DNA of 64,000 bases, from the NCBI GenBank assembly GCA_963702025.1, contig OY969699.1, forward strand, positions 768,001-832,000, in the 5' to 3' direction. Every line of letters starts with the position of its first letter. Within the stretch, counting starts at the first letter, position 1. The notes under the pieces are model-generated. The model was not told the DNA's origin, ran no database searches, and saw only the letters and a program-made list of their open reading frames with translations. Source of the DNA: an uncultured bacterium. Lineage in GTDB: Bacteria > Babelota > Babeliae > Babelales > Vermiphilaceae. This document shows, piece after piece, positions 63,330-64,000 of this stretch. A program made the position numbers and the translations under genes.

Positions 63330-64000
63330 CCGATGGATCCTTCCATTTCATGGGCTATGAGCCGATTTATTTCGACCGCATACTCCATCGGTAATTCTTT
63401 AACAAACGCATCAATAAATCCGTTCACAATCAATGCGCGGGCCATCACCTCATTTAAGCCCCTGCTCATTAAATAAAATATCTGCTCTTCACTGATTTTG
63501 CTCACCGTTGCCTCGTGCCCCATGTCGGCAGTCTGATTATCAACCACAACCGTGGGATAGGTATCAGAGCGAGAATGCTCGTCTAAAATAAGCGCATCGC
63601 ACTGCACCCGCGATTGGGCATTGTGTGCATTTTTGCCAATTTTTAACAGCCCCCGATAACTGGAGCGGCCGCCATTTTTACAGATCGATTTTGAAATAAT
63701 ATGGGACCGAGTATCAGCGCCCAGATGAATTACTTTTCCCCCCGCATCTTGATGTTGCCCCTTACCGGCTACGGCAATGGAAATAATTTGTGCTTTTGAG
63801 CGGGCCCCTTTTAAAATAACGCAGGGATATTTCATGGTCACTTTACTACCAAAATTACCATCGATCCATTCAATGGTGGCACCCTCGTGCGCCATGCCCC
63901 GTTTGGTTACCAAATTGTAGACATTATTCGACCAGTTCTGAATGGTGGTATATCGAATATGCGCATTATCGTGGGCAATCAACTCAACAACGGCGCTATG
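63326..64000 (-). CDS. sufB: SufB, 5'-truncated by the window edge
   Basis: [41 protein letters not shown]; frame open to 64000. Confidence 0.97.
   Translation of the reverse strand, partial: HSAVVELIAHDNAHIRYTTIQNWSNNVYNLVTKRGMAHEGATIEWIDGNFGSKVTMKYPCVILKGARSKAQIISIAVAGKGQHQDAGGKVIHLGADTRSHIISKSICKNGGRSSYRGLLKIGKNAHNAQSRVQCDALILDEHSRSDTYPTVVVDNQTADMGHEATVSKISEEQIFYLMSRGLNEVMARALIVNGFIDAFVKELPMEYAVEINRLIAHEMEGSIG

Overview
AT-rich bacterial chromosome segment from a host-associated, probably intracellular organism. Two tandem ATP/ADP-type nucleotide transporters, ankyrin proteins, eukaryote-like phospholipases and many orphan signal-peptide proteins best fit Candidatus Dependentiae/Babelota (TM6); this is an inference from gene content only. 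Housekeeping genes include der, dnaX, rpsB, lon, cmk, recJ, lysS, sod, glmS, rpsI, dksA-like, tadA, gyrB, tilS, mpg, dnaJ, nurA and sufBDS/sufU. RNA genes are tRNA-Ser(GGA), tRNA-Thr(CGT) and SRP RNA. The most notable observations: (1) eight or nine unrelated orphan exported proteins have a predicted signal cleavage that exposes a new N-terminal Met, and some carry host-type motifs (CaaX, SOCS/BC-box). (2) Two extra copies of the recJ 3' end bracket accessory cassettes downstream of recJ. (3) LysRS is fused to a B3/4 editing-type domain. (4) Three tandem, separately transcribed Cys-rich exported paralogs occur in a window that also encodes two DsbD-type proteins. (5) A modular, nesting family of palindromic repeats with covarying stems, tandem G.A pairs and GNA loops also overlaps both tRNA CCA ends and sits in frame inside ctpA. 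(6) Two tandem cPLA2-type lipases. No transposase, integrase, rRNA or CRISPR array was seen. All protein family calls are from visual motif recognition, not database searches.
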